Assembly (NCBI GenBank): GCA_014801955.1
Contig: JAAVDE010000037.1
Span: 549-64,548 of the forward strand
From: Bacteroides sp.
GTDB lineage: Bacteria; Bacteroidota; Bacteroidia; Bacteroidales; Muribaculaceae
Direction of reading: 5' to 3'
Length of the DNA stretch: 64,000 bases
Shown here: in pieces, positions 45,621-54,580 of the stretch
How positions within the stretch are numbered: the first letter of the stretch is position 1
Layout: each line of letters opens with the position of its first letter
Made by a program: the position numbers and the translations under genes
Notes under the pieces: model-generated
What the model was told of the DNA's origin: nothing
The model's input: the letters and a program-made list of their open reading frames with translations, nothing else
Databases searched by the model: none

Positions 45621-46904
45621 TCAGTGGGTCAGGAAGTGGCGGAAGGATTTGATGGTCAGTTCGATGTCGGTCAGCGAAGCGGTTTCGCGCGCCGAGTGCA
45701 TGGCCCAGAGGGCAATGCCCATGTCAACGCCGTCGATGTCGAGCGTCGAAGTCAGAATGTTGCCCAGGGTTGAGCCGCCGGGCGAGTCGGAGTGGTTAAC
45801 GAACTCCTGGACGGGCACTCCGGCCTCGGCGCAGATGAGCTTATAGCGCGCAGCCGAAAGGGCGTCGGTCATGTATTTGCAGTTGGCATTTACCTTGATA
45901 ACCGGGCCGCCGCCGAGGCGCGGCAGGTTGACCGGGTCCATCTTTTCGAGATAATTGGGGTGGGCACCGTGGGCGCAGTCGGCCGAAATGAAGAATGAGC
46001 GGCCGAGGGCTGCCAGGAACTGCTCCTCCGAGGCGCTGTGGGCGCTGATTGAAATGCGGCGCAAAATGTTGCGCAGAACCGGCGAGTGGGCGCCCTGGCG
46101 GGTGGCCGAGCCGGTCTCCTCGTTGTCGAAAAGCGCCAGAACGCGCGTGGCGGCTGCGGGGGTGTCGGCGTCGTCGATCAGCGCGCGCAGCCCGCACCAG
46201 GCCATTGCCAGGTCGTCGAGTCGCCCGCAGTTGACCCATGATCCGTCGGCGCCGACGGTCATCGGCTCCTGCAGGTCATAGAGCGTAACGTCGAAATCAA
46301 CGATTTCCTTTTCGTCGACTCCGAGGTGGTCGGCCAGCAGGCGGCGGATAGCTCCGGCGCCGCCGAGAGTCTTGCTGACATAGCCCAGAACCGGCAGCAT
46401 ATCCTTTTGGGCCGACAGCGGCTGGCCCTGGTTCACCTGGCGGTTGAAGTGGATTGCCAGGCGCGGAATGATCAGGCGCGGTTCGCTGAGACTCACAATG
46501 CGCACCGACAGGTCGCTGAGCACTATGCGGCCCGTCAGCCCCAGCGGGCGGTCGAACCACGAAGCCCAGATGGCGCCGCCATAGACCTCGGTGTTGAGCT
46601 TGACCATCAGATCGTCGCCGCCGCTGCAGCCACCAACGGCGATTTCCGGGTTCGGCTTCAGGCGGAAGCCGGGCGAGTCGGTGTGGGCGGCGATTATCGA
46701 GAACTTGCGTTCCGAGCCGACGATGAAGGCAAAAATCGCCGAGTCGTTCTTAATGACATAGGCGCGCGAGCCGGGAGCGAGGTTCCAGGCGTCGGATGAT
46801 TCATAGAGGCGGGTGAAGCCGGCGGCGTCGAGCAGCTTGGCCGTGGCGCGCACGGCGGTGAAATTGCTGACGGAGCGGCTCATGAAGTCAAAAAATGGTG
46901 TCAT
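45621..46904 (-). CDS. M18 family aminopeptidase (aspartyl aminopeptidase-like)
   Basis: FIVGSERKFSIIAAHTDSPGFRLKP ... FDNEETGS ... SADCAHGAHPNY ... MHSARE are typical M18 metal-ligand blocks. Confidence 0.88.
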   Translation of the reverse strand: MTPFFDFMSRSVSNFTAVRATAKLLDAAGFTRLYESSDAWNLAPGSRAYVIKNDSAIFAFIVGSERKFSIIAAHTDSPGFRLKPNPEIAVGGCSGGDDLMVKLNTEVYGGAIWASWFDRPLGLTGRIVLSDLSVRIVSLSEPRLIIPRLAIHFNRQVNQGQPLSAQKDMLPVLGYVSKTLGGAGAIRRLLADHLGVDEKEIVDFDVTLYDLQEPMTVGADGSWVNCGRLDDLAMAWCGLRALIDDADTPAAATRVLALFDNEETGSATRQGAHSPVLRNILRRISISAHSASEEQFLAALGRSFFISADCAHGAHPNYLEKMDPVNLPRLGGGPVIKVNANCKYMTDALSAARYKLICAEAGVPVQEFVNHSDSPGGSTLGNILTSTLDIDGVDMGIALWAMHSARETASLTDIELTIKSFRHFLTH

Positions 46905-46961
46905 GGCTGATTCTTTGGATGGATAGAAATTATTATTAGCGCAAAGTTACGAAAAAGTTTT

Positions 46962-47008
46962 GAAAAAAAATTGACCCTGGGCGGGGACGTCGCGTCCGTG
47001 TGCCCGGG
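46962..47008 (-). terminator. Putative terminator downstream of the 100-aa ORF
   Basis: On the minus strand: GC-rich hairpin (GGACG-CGA-CGTCC within GGGC...GCCC), followed by AGGGTCAATTTTTTTT. Confidence 0.5.
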
Positions 47009-47087
47009 TCTCTCTACTACTATTATGAATGATTGTAAAAGTGATTGTGTGTTTCGTGATTGTGATATTATGGAATGGATTGGGATC

Positions 47088-47390
47088 TTATTCGGCGAGG
47101 GCGACTCTAACTTCACCGTTGCGTTTGTTGACGAACACAACCGACGACGGCATCACGATTGCCCAGTGCGAACCGAGGTCTTCGGCGCCGGCGATACGTT
47201 CGATTTCAAGGGCCTGCAGGGGGCCTTCGCCGTGGGTGAGAGTCAGCTTGTCGCCGTCGAAGCCGAGGTAGTTGCTGTCGAAGGCATACATCATCAGCGC
47301 GTTCAGGTTGCGGTCGGTGCAGATGTCGGCGTCGGCGGCGAGGTTGTTGTATTTATTGTAGATATTGTTGATGTTATCGAGAGTGATCAT
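47088..47390 (-). CDS. Hypothetical protein (100 aa)
   Basis: The ORF has host-like codon usage and sits between a terminator-like hairpin and an AT-rich upstream region. I recognise no motif. Confidence 0.45.
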   Translation of the reverse strand: MITLDNINNIYNKYNNLAADADICTDRNLNALMMYAFDSNYLGFDGDKLTLTHGEGPLQALEIERIAGAEDLGSHWAIVMPSSVVFVNKRNGEVRVALAE

Positions 47391-47602
47391 ATCGTTATTT
47401 TTGAGTTTTAAGTTTGTTCGTTTCGTTTGTTCGAAAGCAGAACACGGAAAGTTTGCGGAAAGTTGATACTGTAATCATTTTGTAACTTTCTTTTAACTTT
47501 TATGTAATTTAACCCCGATTCCCGCCCGAAAATACACAAAATTTAATCTTTTTTTTCGATGAACGGAGGCCGGCGGAAGGTTTTGCGGGGGTGGGGCAAT
47601 AA

Positions 47603-48346
47603 TTGGGGCGGGCGGTGCGTTTGTTAGGTGTGAGAAAGCGTATCCTGATATTGATGCTGGCGGTTCTGGCGGTTTTCTGCGCCGGAGCCAAGCAGTTTAA
47701 CGATAAGTTGATGAACCGACCCTATGCCGACCTGAAGGCGTGGCATCTGGGGTTCAGTATCGGCATGCACATGCAGGATCTGCAGTTCACGAACAATGCC
47801 GCCGTTGCCGACAACGGCGAGCAATGGTTTGCCGAGCAGCCGTCGTTTTCGCCCGGCTTCTGCGTTAACGGGCTGATTGATTTCAGATTATCGACCTACT
47901 TTAACGTTCGCCTCAGCCCGGGCATTTGGTTCGGCAACAAGATTGTTAATTTCCGCGAAGCCGGCTCGGACGCCATTGAGCGGCAAAACATAAAGTCAAC
48001 CCTGCTGGTGCTTCCGGTTGATTTGAAATTTTCGAGCCTACGCTATCGCAACGTGCGCCCCTATCTGGTTGCGGGCGTGATGCCTACGTTCGACGTTGGC
48101 AAGCGGCGCAGCTCCGAGTTGCTCCACCTGAAAAAGTTCGACACCTTTCTGACCATCGGACTGGGACTCGACACCTATTTCCCCTACTTTAAGTTCATTC
48201 CGGAGGTTAAGTTCTGTTTCGGCCTGGCCGACGTTATTGAACACAAGCGCCCCGACCTCGACGATGACCCCGGGCAGATGCGCTTCACTAATTCCCTGGA
48301 CCGCGCGGTTTCGCGCATGTTTGTTCTGACCTTTTATTTTGAATAA
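47603..48346 (+). CDS. porT: PorT-family T9SS-associated outer-membrane beta-barrel protein
   Basis: ...NRPYADLKAWHLGFSIGMHMQDLQFTN... is PorT/SprT-like, directly upstream of porP-porK-porL-porM-porN. The start is uncertain: TTG 47603 or GTG 47630, the latter giving MRKRILILMLAVLAVFCAGA. Confidence 0.75.
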   Translation: MGRAVRLLGVRKRILILMLAVLAVFCAGAKQFNDKLMNRPYADLKAWHLGFSIGMHMQDLQFTNNAAVADNGEQWFAEQPSFSPGFCVNGLIDFRLSTYFNVRLSPGIWFGNKIVNFREAGSDAIERQNIKSTLLVLPVDLKFSSLRYRNVRPYLVAGVMPTFDVGKRRSSELLHLKKFDTFLTIGLGLDTYFPYFKFIPEVKFCFGLADVIEHKRPDLDDDPGQMRFTNSLDRAVSRMFVLTFYFE

Positions 48347-49334
48347 ATTTGCAAGACATATAATAATGGTGTTGTTCGCGGCCCTGGTGGCCGCGTTGCC
48401 CGTTAGTGCGCAAACCGACCCGAATCTGACCCAGTATTTTCAGGCACCGAGCTTTCTGAATCCCGCCGAGGCCGGCGCAACGGACCTGCTGCGCCTGCGA
48501 GGCGGCAGCCGCATGCAGTGGCTGGGCATCGAGGGCGCTCCGCGCGACTTCATGGCGGCGGCGGATATTCCGTTTGCCGTTTTCGGTCGCCGCTGGGGCG
48601 GCGGCGCAACGATGTTTCAGGAGTCGATAGGTCTCTATAAAACCCTGAGCATCAACGGCCAGCTGTCGGCCCGCCAGAAATTGGGCAAGGGCTATCTGAC
48701 CGTTGGCGTTCAGTTCGGCTACCTCGAGCAGAAGTTCAAAGGCTCGGAAGTTGAGATTCCGACCGACGATGATTTCCACGACGCCAACGACGAGGCCATT
48801 CCGACCTACGACGTCGAAGGCAACCACTTCGACCTGGGAGTCGGCGTTGGCTACGTTCACCGCCTGTTCACCCTCGGACTGAGCTGCACCCACCTGATGC
48901 AGCCGTCGATTAAAATGCAGCGCGAGGGCAGCCAGGGCTCCGGGTCGTCGGACGAGCAGTATTTCGAATTTATTTTCCGGCGCAACCTTTATTTTATCGC
49001 TTCGAGCAATATTCCGCTAAAAAACACGTTATTTGAAGTGTTGCCCTCCGTGATGGTTCGTTCGGACCTGCGCGGCGTTCAAGCCGACATAACCGCCCGC
49101 CTGCGATGGAAAAAGTTCCTGACGGCGGGTTTGGGCTATCGGACCAACGACGCCGTTTCGATTCTTCTCGAGGGTGAGTACAAGGGCATTCGCCTGGGCT
49201 ATAGCTACGACTATGCGACCTCGGCGATTATGCGGGCCAGCTCCGGCAGCCATGAGCTCTGGGTCGGCTACTCCCTGAAACTCAACTTCGGCGAAAAGAA
49301 CCGCAACCGCCACAAGAGCATCCGCGTAATGTAA
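48339..49334 (+). CDS. porP: PorP/SprF family T9SS membrane protein
   Basis: Signal peptide, then QTDPNLTQYFQAPSFLNPAEAG (PorP/SprF N-terminal signature). Position is upstream of porK. Confidence 0.88.
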   Translation: MNKFARHIIMVLFAALVAALPVSAQTDPNLTQYFQAPSFLNPAEAGATDLLRLRGGSRMQWLGIEGAPRDFMAAADIPFAVFGRRWGGGATMFQESIGLYKTLSINGQLSARQKLGKGYLTVGVQFGYLEQKFKGSEVEIPTDDDFHDANDEAIPTYDVEGNHFDLGVGVGYVHRLFTLGLSCTHLMQPSIKMQREGSQGSGSSDEQYFEFIFRRNLYFIASSNIPLKNTLFEVLPSVMVRSDLRGVQADITARLRWKKFLTAGLGYRTNDAVSILLEGEYKGIRLGYSYDYATSAIMRASSGSHELWVGYSLKLNFGEKNRNRHKSIRVM

Positions 49335-49387
49335 GAAAAAACCAAGTAAACCAAAAACCAATCGAAATAAACCAGATAATCTTTCAG

Positions 49388-50839
49388 ATGAAAAAGTTAG
49401 TCTCCCTGATATTCGTTCTAACGCTTGCGGCCCTGATTGCGGGCGGCATGACGTCGTGTGCGGGCAGCGCCTCGGGCAATTCCGGCGGCGAAGTTACCGG
49501 CATTGGCATCGGCGCCTGGAACGAGCCGGCGCCCTATGGCATGGTGTTGGTTGAGCGCGGCGCAATCCGTTCGGGCGTGAGCAAGCCCGACTCTCTGCGT
49601 GGCATCAAAGCCGACTCGAAGCCCATCAGTGTTGAATCCTTCTGGATGGACGAAACCGAAATCACGAACGCCAAGTATAAGCAGTTCGTGTTTTGGGTGC
49701 GCGACTCCATTATCCGCGAGCGCCTGGCCGACCCCGCCTATGGCGGCAACGAAGATTTCCGCATCGAGGAAGACAAGGAAGGCAACCCCATCGGTCCTTA
49801 TCTGAACTGGGCAAAGGCTATTCCCTGGCGTAACCCCAACGAAGATGAAAAGCGCGCGATCGAGAGCGTTTATCGCATCAACCCGATAACCGGCGTTAAG
49901 GAACTGGACCCCGAGCAGCTGAACTATCGCTACGAAACGTATAACCACACCGAGGCTGCCAAGCGCCGCAACCGCATGGACCCGCGACGCCGCGAGTATA
50001 ACACCGACCTGCCCGTGCCGACCGACGTTCCGCAGATTTCGAAAGACACCGCCTATATCAACGACGAAGGCGAGATTATCCGCGAAACCATCAACCGCGG
50101 GCTGACCGGCGACTATGATTTCGTCAACACCTATATCGTCAACGTTTATCCCGACACTACGGCGTGGATCAACGATTTCGAGAACGCCTACAATGAACCC
50201 TACACCCGCCTGTATTTCTCCAACGGCCTCTATAACGACTATCCCGTCGTTGGCGTCAGCTGGGAGCAGGCAACGGCTTTCGCAAACTGGCGCACCGACT
50301 TTTTGCGTCGCTCGCTGGGCAAGGAGGGCGTTTATGTTGAGCCCTATCGCCTGCCGACCGAGCTGGAATGGGAATACGCCGCCCGCGCCGGCGAGGATGA
50401 AAACGTGTTCCCCTGGGAGGGCGACCTGCCGATTATGGAAGACAAAGGGTGCTTCTATGCGAACTTCAAGCCGGCCGACGGCAACTATATGCGCGACGGC
50501 CACCTGATTACCTCGAAAGTAGGCACCTACAACGCCAATGATTTCGGCCTCTACGACATGGCGGGCAACGTTAGCGAATGGACGTCGACCGCCTACACCG
50601 AGAGCGTTGGAAAGCTCCAGGCCGACATTAACCCGCAGTATCGCTACGACGCTGCAAAAGAAGATCCCTATAAGTTGAAGCGAAAGATAGTTCGCGGCGG
50701 TTCGTGGAAAGATGTTGTTTCCGACATCCGTTCCGACATTCGCATGTGGGAATACCAGAATGAGCAGCGTTCCTACATCGGCTTCCGCTGCGTACGCACC
50801 CAAATCGGCACCGCCAAAGGCCAAAAATCCCGCAAATAA
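49388..50839 (+). CDS. porK: T9SS ring lipoprotein PorK/GldK (FGE-sulfatase/SUMF1 fold)
   Basis: Lipobox GGMTSC, with FGE-fold motifs (WEYAARAG, GNVSEWT, RGGSW, GFRCV). Confidence 0.92.
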   Translation: MKKLVSLIFVLTLAALIAGGMTSCAGSASGNSGGEVTGIGIGAWNEPAPYGMVLVERGAIRSGVSKPDSLRGIKADSKPISVESFWMDETEITNAKYKQFVFWVRDSIIRERLADPAYGGNEDFRIEEDKEGNPIGPYLNWAKAIPWRNPNEDEKRAIESVYRINPITGVKELDPEQLNYRYETYNHTEAAKRRNRMDPRRREYNTDLPVPTDVPQISKDTAYINDEGEIIRETINRGLTGDYDFVNTYIVNVYPDTTAWINDFENAYNEPYTRLYFSNGLYNDYPVVGVSWEQATAFANWRTDFLRRSLGKEGVYVEPYRLPTELEWEYAARAGEDENVFPWEGDLPIMEDKGCFYANFKPADGNYMRDGHLITSKVGTYNANDFGLYDMAGNVSEWTSTAYTESVGKLQADINPQYRYDAAKEDPYKLKRKIVRGGSWKDVVSDIRSDIRMWEYQNEQRSYIGFRCVRTQIGTAKGQKSRK

Positions 50840-50845
50840 TTCCAA

Positions 50846-50880
50846 TAATTAGTAATTAGCAATTAGTAATTAGTAATTGA
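50846..50880. repeat. Heptamer microsatellite TAATTAG TAATTAG CAATTAG TAATTAG TAATTGA ending 1 nt before the porL ATG
   Basis: Five phased heptads at 50846-50880. A sixth related unit, TAATTCC (50837-50843), overlaps the porK stop codon. Confidence 0.95.
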
Positions 50881-50881
50881 G

Positions 50882-51745
50882 ATGACAAAGATTAAAAAGT
50901 ATAAGAACGCGGTTGAGCGGTTTCTTTCGGGCGAAAGCGGCCAGCGTTTCTTCAACTTCGCATACTCCATCGGTGCCGCAATCGTTATCTGGGGCGCACT
51001 GTTCAAACTGCTCCACCTCCCCGGCGGTAACCTGCTGCTCATGATCGGTATGGGAACCGAGGTGTTCATGTTCATTATCTCGGCCTTTGACCGCCCCGCC
51101 AAACAATATCACTGGGAAGAGGTCTTTCCGGTGCTTGATACCCACGACGCTCAAGACCGCCCCGACCTTCAGGGCGGAAACGCCCCGGGCGGCGTTGTCA
51201 TTACCGGCGGTATGCCCGCCGGAGCTGCCGTTGCCTCCGGAGCCGTGAGCCACGCCGCAGCCGTTGCCGACCAGCCGCTGGCACTCAACGCCTCGGCCAA
51301 GGAAGCCACCGAACACTACGTTGCGCAAATCGCCGCCCTCTCCGAGCAGATGGCCGACCTGCGCAAAAGCACCGAAGCGCTCAACAAGGTGACCGCCGTT
51401 TTGCTCGAAAGCTATAACGCTATCACTGAGAACTCCGATAAAATCACGGCGTCGTCGCAGGGCTACGTCGAAGAAATGACCGCCCTGAACCGCCACGTTG
51501 CCGGCCTGAACACGATTTATGAAATCCAGCTCAAGAGCGTTAGCTCGCAGCTCGACTCAATTGACCGCGTCAACAACGGCATCAAGGACATCCGCGACAT
51601 GTATGAACGCTCGGCCGACACTTCGCGCCAGTATTGCGAGGAAACCGAACGCATGGCCCGCTACATGCAGCAGCTCAACGCCATCTACGCGCAGATGATT
51701 CAGGCAATGACCCAAAACATGCCCGGCGGCGCCCCCAAGGCATAA
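50882..51745 (+). CDS. porL: T9SS motor component PorL/GldL
   Basis: N-terminal two TM helices (FFNFAYSIGAAIVIWGALFKLLHLPGGNLLLMIGMGTEVFMFIISAF) and a coiled cytoplasmic tail. Gene order is K-L-M-N. Confidence 0.9.
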   Translation: MTKIKKYKNAVERFLSGESGQRFFNFAYSIGAAIVIWGALFKLLHLPGGNLLLMIGMGTEVFMFIISAFDRPAKQYHWEEVFPVLDTHDAQDRPDLQGGNAPGGVVITGGMPAGAAVASGAVSHAAAVADQPLALNASAKEATEHYVAQIAALSEQMADLRKSTEALNKVTAVLLESYNAITENSDKITASSQGYVEEMTALNRHVAGLNTIYEIQLKSVSSQLDSIDRVNNGIKDIRDMYERSADTSRQYCEETERMARYMQQLNAIYAQMIQAMTQNMPGGAPKA

Positions 51746-51807
51746 CGCCGCCGCTCTCTCCCCCCAATAACAGTAAAAAAACTTAACCCCCAACACAGAC
51801 AATATAA

Positions 51808-53370
51808 ATGGCTCAAAGTTCCGGCCTCACGCCTCGCCAGAAGATGATCAACCTGATGTATATCGTGCTGACCGCGATGCTCGCGCTCAACGTCAGCTCC
51901 GATGTGCTCGACGGTTTCACTCAGGTCGACGAAGGCCTAAACCGCTCAAATACCAATGTTGCCGGCCGCAACCGCGCACTCTATGAGCGCCTGGAGCAGT
52001 TTGCCGAGCAGAATCCCGAAAAGGGCAAACCGTGGCTCGAGCGCGCGTCGGAGGTCGTTGACTTCACCGAAGCGCTGACCGCCCACGTTGACTCGCTCAA
52101 GCTGGCGGTCGTTAAGAAAGCCGACGGCAGCAAGGGTGACCCCACCAATATTCTGCACCGCGACGACCTGGAGGCCTCGTCGGCCGTGTTGCTCAATCCC
52201 GCAACCCTCGAAGGGCAGCGCCTGCGCCGCCAAATCGACGCCTACCGCTCGTTTATCGTCGAGCTGATTGCCGACACCCTGAAGCAGAAAACCATTGCCG
52301 AAGCGCTGTCGACCGAAAACCTCGACGCCAACGGTCGCCCGCGCCTGCAAACCTGGGAAGAAGCCAACTTCGAGGCCAAACCCGTGGTTGCCGCCGTTAC
52401 CCTCCTGTCAAAACTCGAAAACGACATACGCTATGCCGAGGGCGAGGCGCTGACCGCCCTGCTCGGCGCCGTTGACGCCGGCGACGTTCGCGTTAACGAG
52501 CTCAACGCCTTTGTTATTCCGCGTTCGCGCTCGGTTATGCGCGGTTCGAAATACTCGGCCAACATTGTTCTGGCCGCGGTCGACACCACCCAGCGCCCCG
52601 CAATCTTCATCGGCGGCAAGCAGCTGCCCGAAGGCTCCGACCTCTATGAGTTCCCGACCGGCGCTACCGGCACGTTTGACTACTCCGGCTACCTGGAGGT
52701 GGCCCACGGCGACGGCACGACGACGCAACATCCCTTCACGTCGTCCTACACCGTTTTCGAACCCACCGCAACCGTTTCGGCAACGATGATGAACGTTCTC
52801 TATGCCGGCATCGACAATCCGCTGTCGATTTCCGCCCCCGGCGTTCACTCCAACCAGATTTCGGCAACCATGACCAACGGCACTCTGACTCGCCGCGGCG
52901 ACCTGTGGATCGCCCGTCCCTCGGCAGTTGGCAAAGACGCGGTAATCACCGTTACGGCCAACGTTGACGGCGCAAACCAAACGATGGGCACCACCACATT
53001 CCGCACGCGCAAGCTCCCCGACCCGACGCCGTTCATTACCTACACCGACGCCCAGGGCAACGCCGACCGCTATCGCGGCGGCAAACCGCTGTCGAAAGCC
53101 CTCTTGCTCTCCTCGCCCGGCATCGAAGCCGCAATCGACGATGAGCTGCTCAACATTAAGTTCAACGTTGTCAGCTTCCAGACCGTGTTTTTCGACCAGA
53201 CCGGCGCCAACATCATTGAAAACTCAAACGGCGCCCAGTTCTCGGAGCGCCAAAAGGCGCAATTCCGCCAACTCAAACGCGGCAAACGCTTCATAATCAC
53301 CAACGTCAAGGCCTCCGGCCCCGACGGCATTACCCGCTCAATTTCTCCCCTCGACGTTCTCGTTAACTAA
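51808..53370 (+). CDS. porM: T9SS motor/periplasmic shaft PorM/GldM
   Basis: RQKMINLMYIVLTAMLALNVSSDVL is the GldM N-terminal TM signature. Length is 520 aa. Confidence 0.92.
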   Translation: MAQSSGLTPRQKMINLMYIVLTAMLALNVSSDVLDGFTQVDEGLNRSNTNVAGRNRALYERLEQFAEQNPEKGKPWLERASEVVDFTEALTAHVDSLKLAVVKKADGSKGDPTNILHRDDLEASSAVLLNPATLEGQRLRRQIDAYRSFIVELIADTLKQKTIAEALSTENLDANGRPRLQTWEEANFEAKPVVAAVTLLSKLENDIRYAEGEALTALLGAVDAGDVRVNELNAFVIPRSRSVMRGSKYSANIVLAAVDTTQRPAIFIGGKQLPEGSDLYEFPTGATGTFDYSGYLEVAHGDGTTTQHPFTSSYTVFEPTATVSATMMNVLYAGIDNPLSISAPGVHSNQISATMTNGTLTRRGDLWIARPSAVGKDAVITVTANVDGANQTMGTTTFRTRKLPDPTPFITYTDAQGNADRYRGGKPLSKALLLSSPGIEAAIDDELLNIKFNVVSFQTVFFDQTGANIIENSNGAQFSERQKAQFRQLKRGKRFIITNVKASGPDGITRSISPLDVLVN

Positions 53371-53379
53371 CTCCGCCCT

Positions 53380-54510
53380 ATGAAAAAAACTATCATATCG
53401 GCCCTTATGGCCATCGCCGCTCTCGGCGCAGCAGCCCAGGAGCAGACTTCGTCGACCGCCACCCTGTCGCGCGGCCCGCGCACGCGTCCCGGCCAGCAAA
53501 CCGAGGCGTCGGCGCCCGGAGTGTCGCTGCGCATGCAGTCGCAGTCCGAAGCCTCGCGCCCCGATGCGTCGCTGAAATACATGCGCGTCATCTACCGCGA
53601 GCTCGACCTGGCCGAGGAAGATGCCAACGCTCCGCTCTATTTCCCCGAAGACCTCGTTGACGGCAACGAGAACCTTTTCCGCATAATGTTCCGCCTGCTG
53701 GCGCAGAACAAGGTGCCGGCCTATGAGTATCTCGATGGCCGCGAGGACTTTTCGGAAGCCAACCGCGCCAAGATGGCCGACATTATCAACCGATTCGACA
53801 TTCTGGCAACTCCCGCAAAGGGTTTCTCCGAAAAAAATCCGGTCTACGACATTGAGCCGGTCGACGTGCCGACCAACGAGGTGCTCGCCTACTTCATCAT
53901 TGAGCGCTGGGAGTTCGACAACCGAACCAACAAGATGCGCACTACTGTCGAGGCCATTGCCCCGGTAATCGTTCGCGACGATGCTTCGGCCATTGCCGGC
54001 AAAACGCCGATGTTCTGGATGAAGATGTCGGACCTCAAGCCCTACCTTCAGGCGCAGTATATCTTCACCGACGACGACAATAACCTCGCCTCCCACACCT
54101 ACGACGACTTCTTTACGCTGAATCTCTACAAAGGCAATATCTACAAAACCCGCAACCTGCGCAACCGAACCCTGGCCCAGATGGCCAAGGAGGACCCCGA
54201 CACGCTCAAGGCTCTGCAGGACTCGATTCAGCATCGCCTCGACCACTATGCCGACAACCTTTGGGTTCCCTCGCGCGAGGAGCTGCAAAAGGCCCGCGAG
54301 GCAGCCGAAGCAAACCCCGGTGACTCAACCAACATTCCCGTTGAGGTGCTCCCCGTTCGCTCCACCCGCAGCCGCTCCGAGCGCGCCTCGACCCGCTCGC
54401 GCGAAACCAAGAAGCCCAAAGCTCGCGCCGCAAAGAAGCCGAAGTCAACCCCTTCGCCCTCGACGCCCAGCTCGTCGGCCTCGCGCTCGGTTCGCAACCG
54501 CCGCAAGTAA
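53380..54510 (+). CDS. porN: T9SS ring component PorN/GldN with a basic, S/P/R-rich disordered C-terminal tail
   Basis: Signal peptide and a GldN core (VIYRELDL...NLFRIMFRLL...VPAYEY...). It is the last gene of the por operon. Confidence 0.88.
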   Translation: MKKTIISALMAIAALGAAAQEQTSSTATLSRGPRTRPGQQTEASAPGVSLRMQSQSEASRPDASLKYMRVIYRELDLAEEDANAPLYFPEDLVDGNENLFRIMFRLLAQNKVPAYEYLDGREDFSEANRAKMADIINRFDILATPAKGFSEKNPVYDIEPVDVPTNEVLAYFIIERWEFDNRTNKMRTTVEAIAPVIVRDDASAIAGKTPMFWMKMSDLKPYLQAQYIFTDDDNNLASHTYDDFFTLNLYKGNIYKTRNLRNRTLAQMAKEDPDTLKALQDSIQHRLDHYADNLWVPSREELQKAREAAEANPGDSTNIPVEVLPVRSTRSRSERASTRSRETKKPKARAAKKPKSTPSPSTPSSSASRSVRNRRK

Positions 54511-54536
54511 CCTCCCCTGACGCAATATTTTCGCAG

Positions 54537-54580
54537 CGCCCTCCGCCGAACCTTTTTCGGGCGGGGGGCGTTGGATTTTT
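54537..54580 (+). terminator. Rho-independent terminator of the por operon
   Basis: About 14-bp GC-rich stem CGCCCTCCGCCGAA / TTCGGGCGGGGGGCG (one bulge), followed by TTGGATTTTT. Confidence 0.75.
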
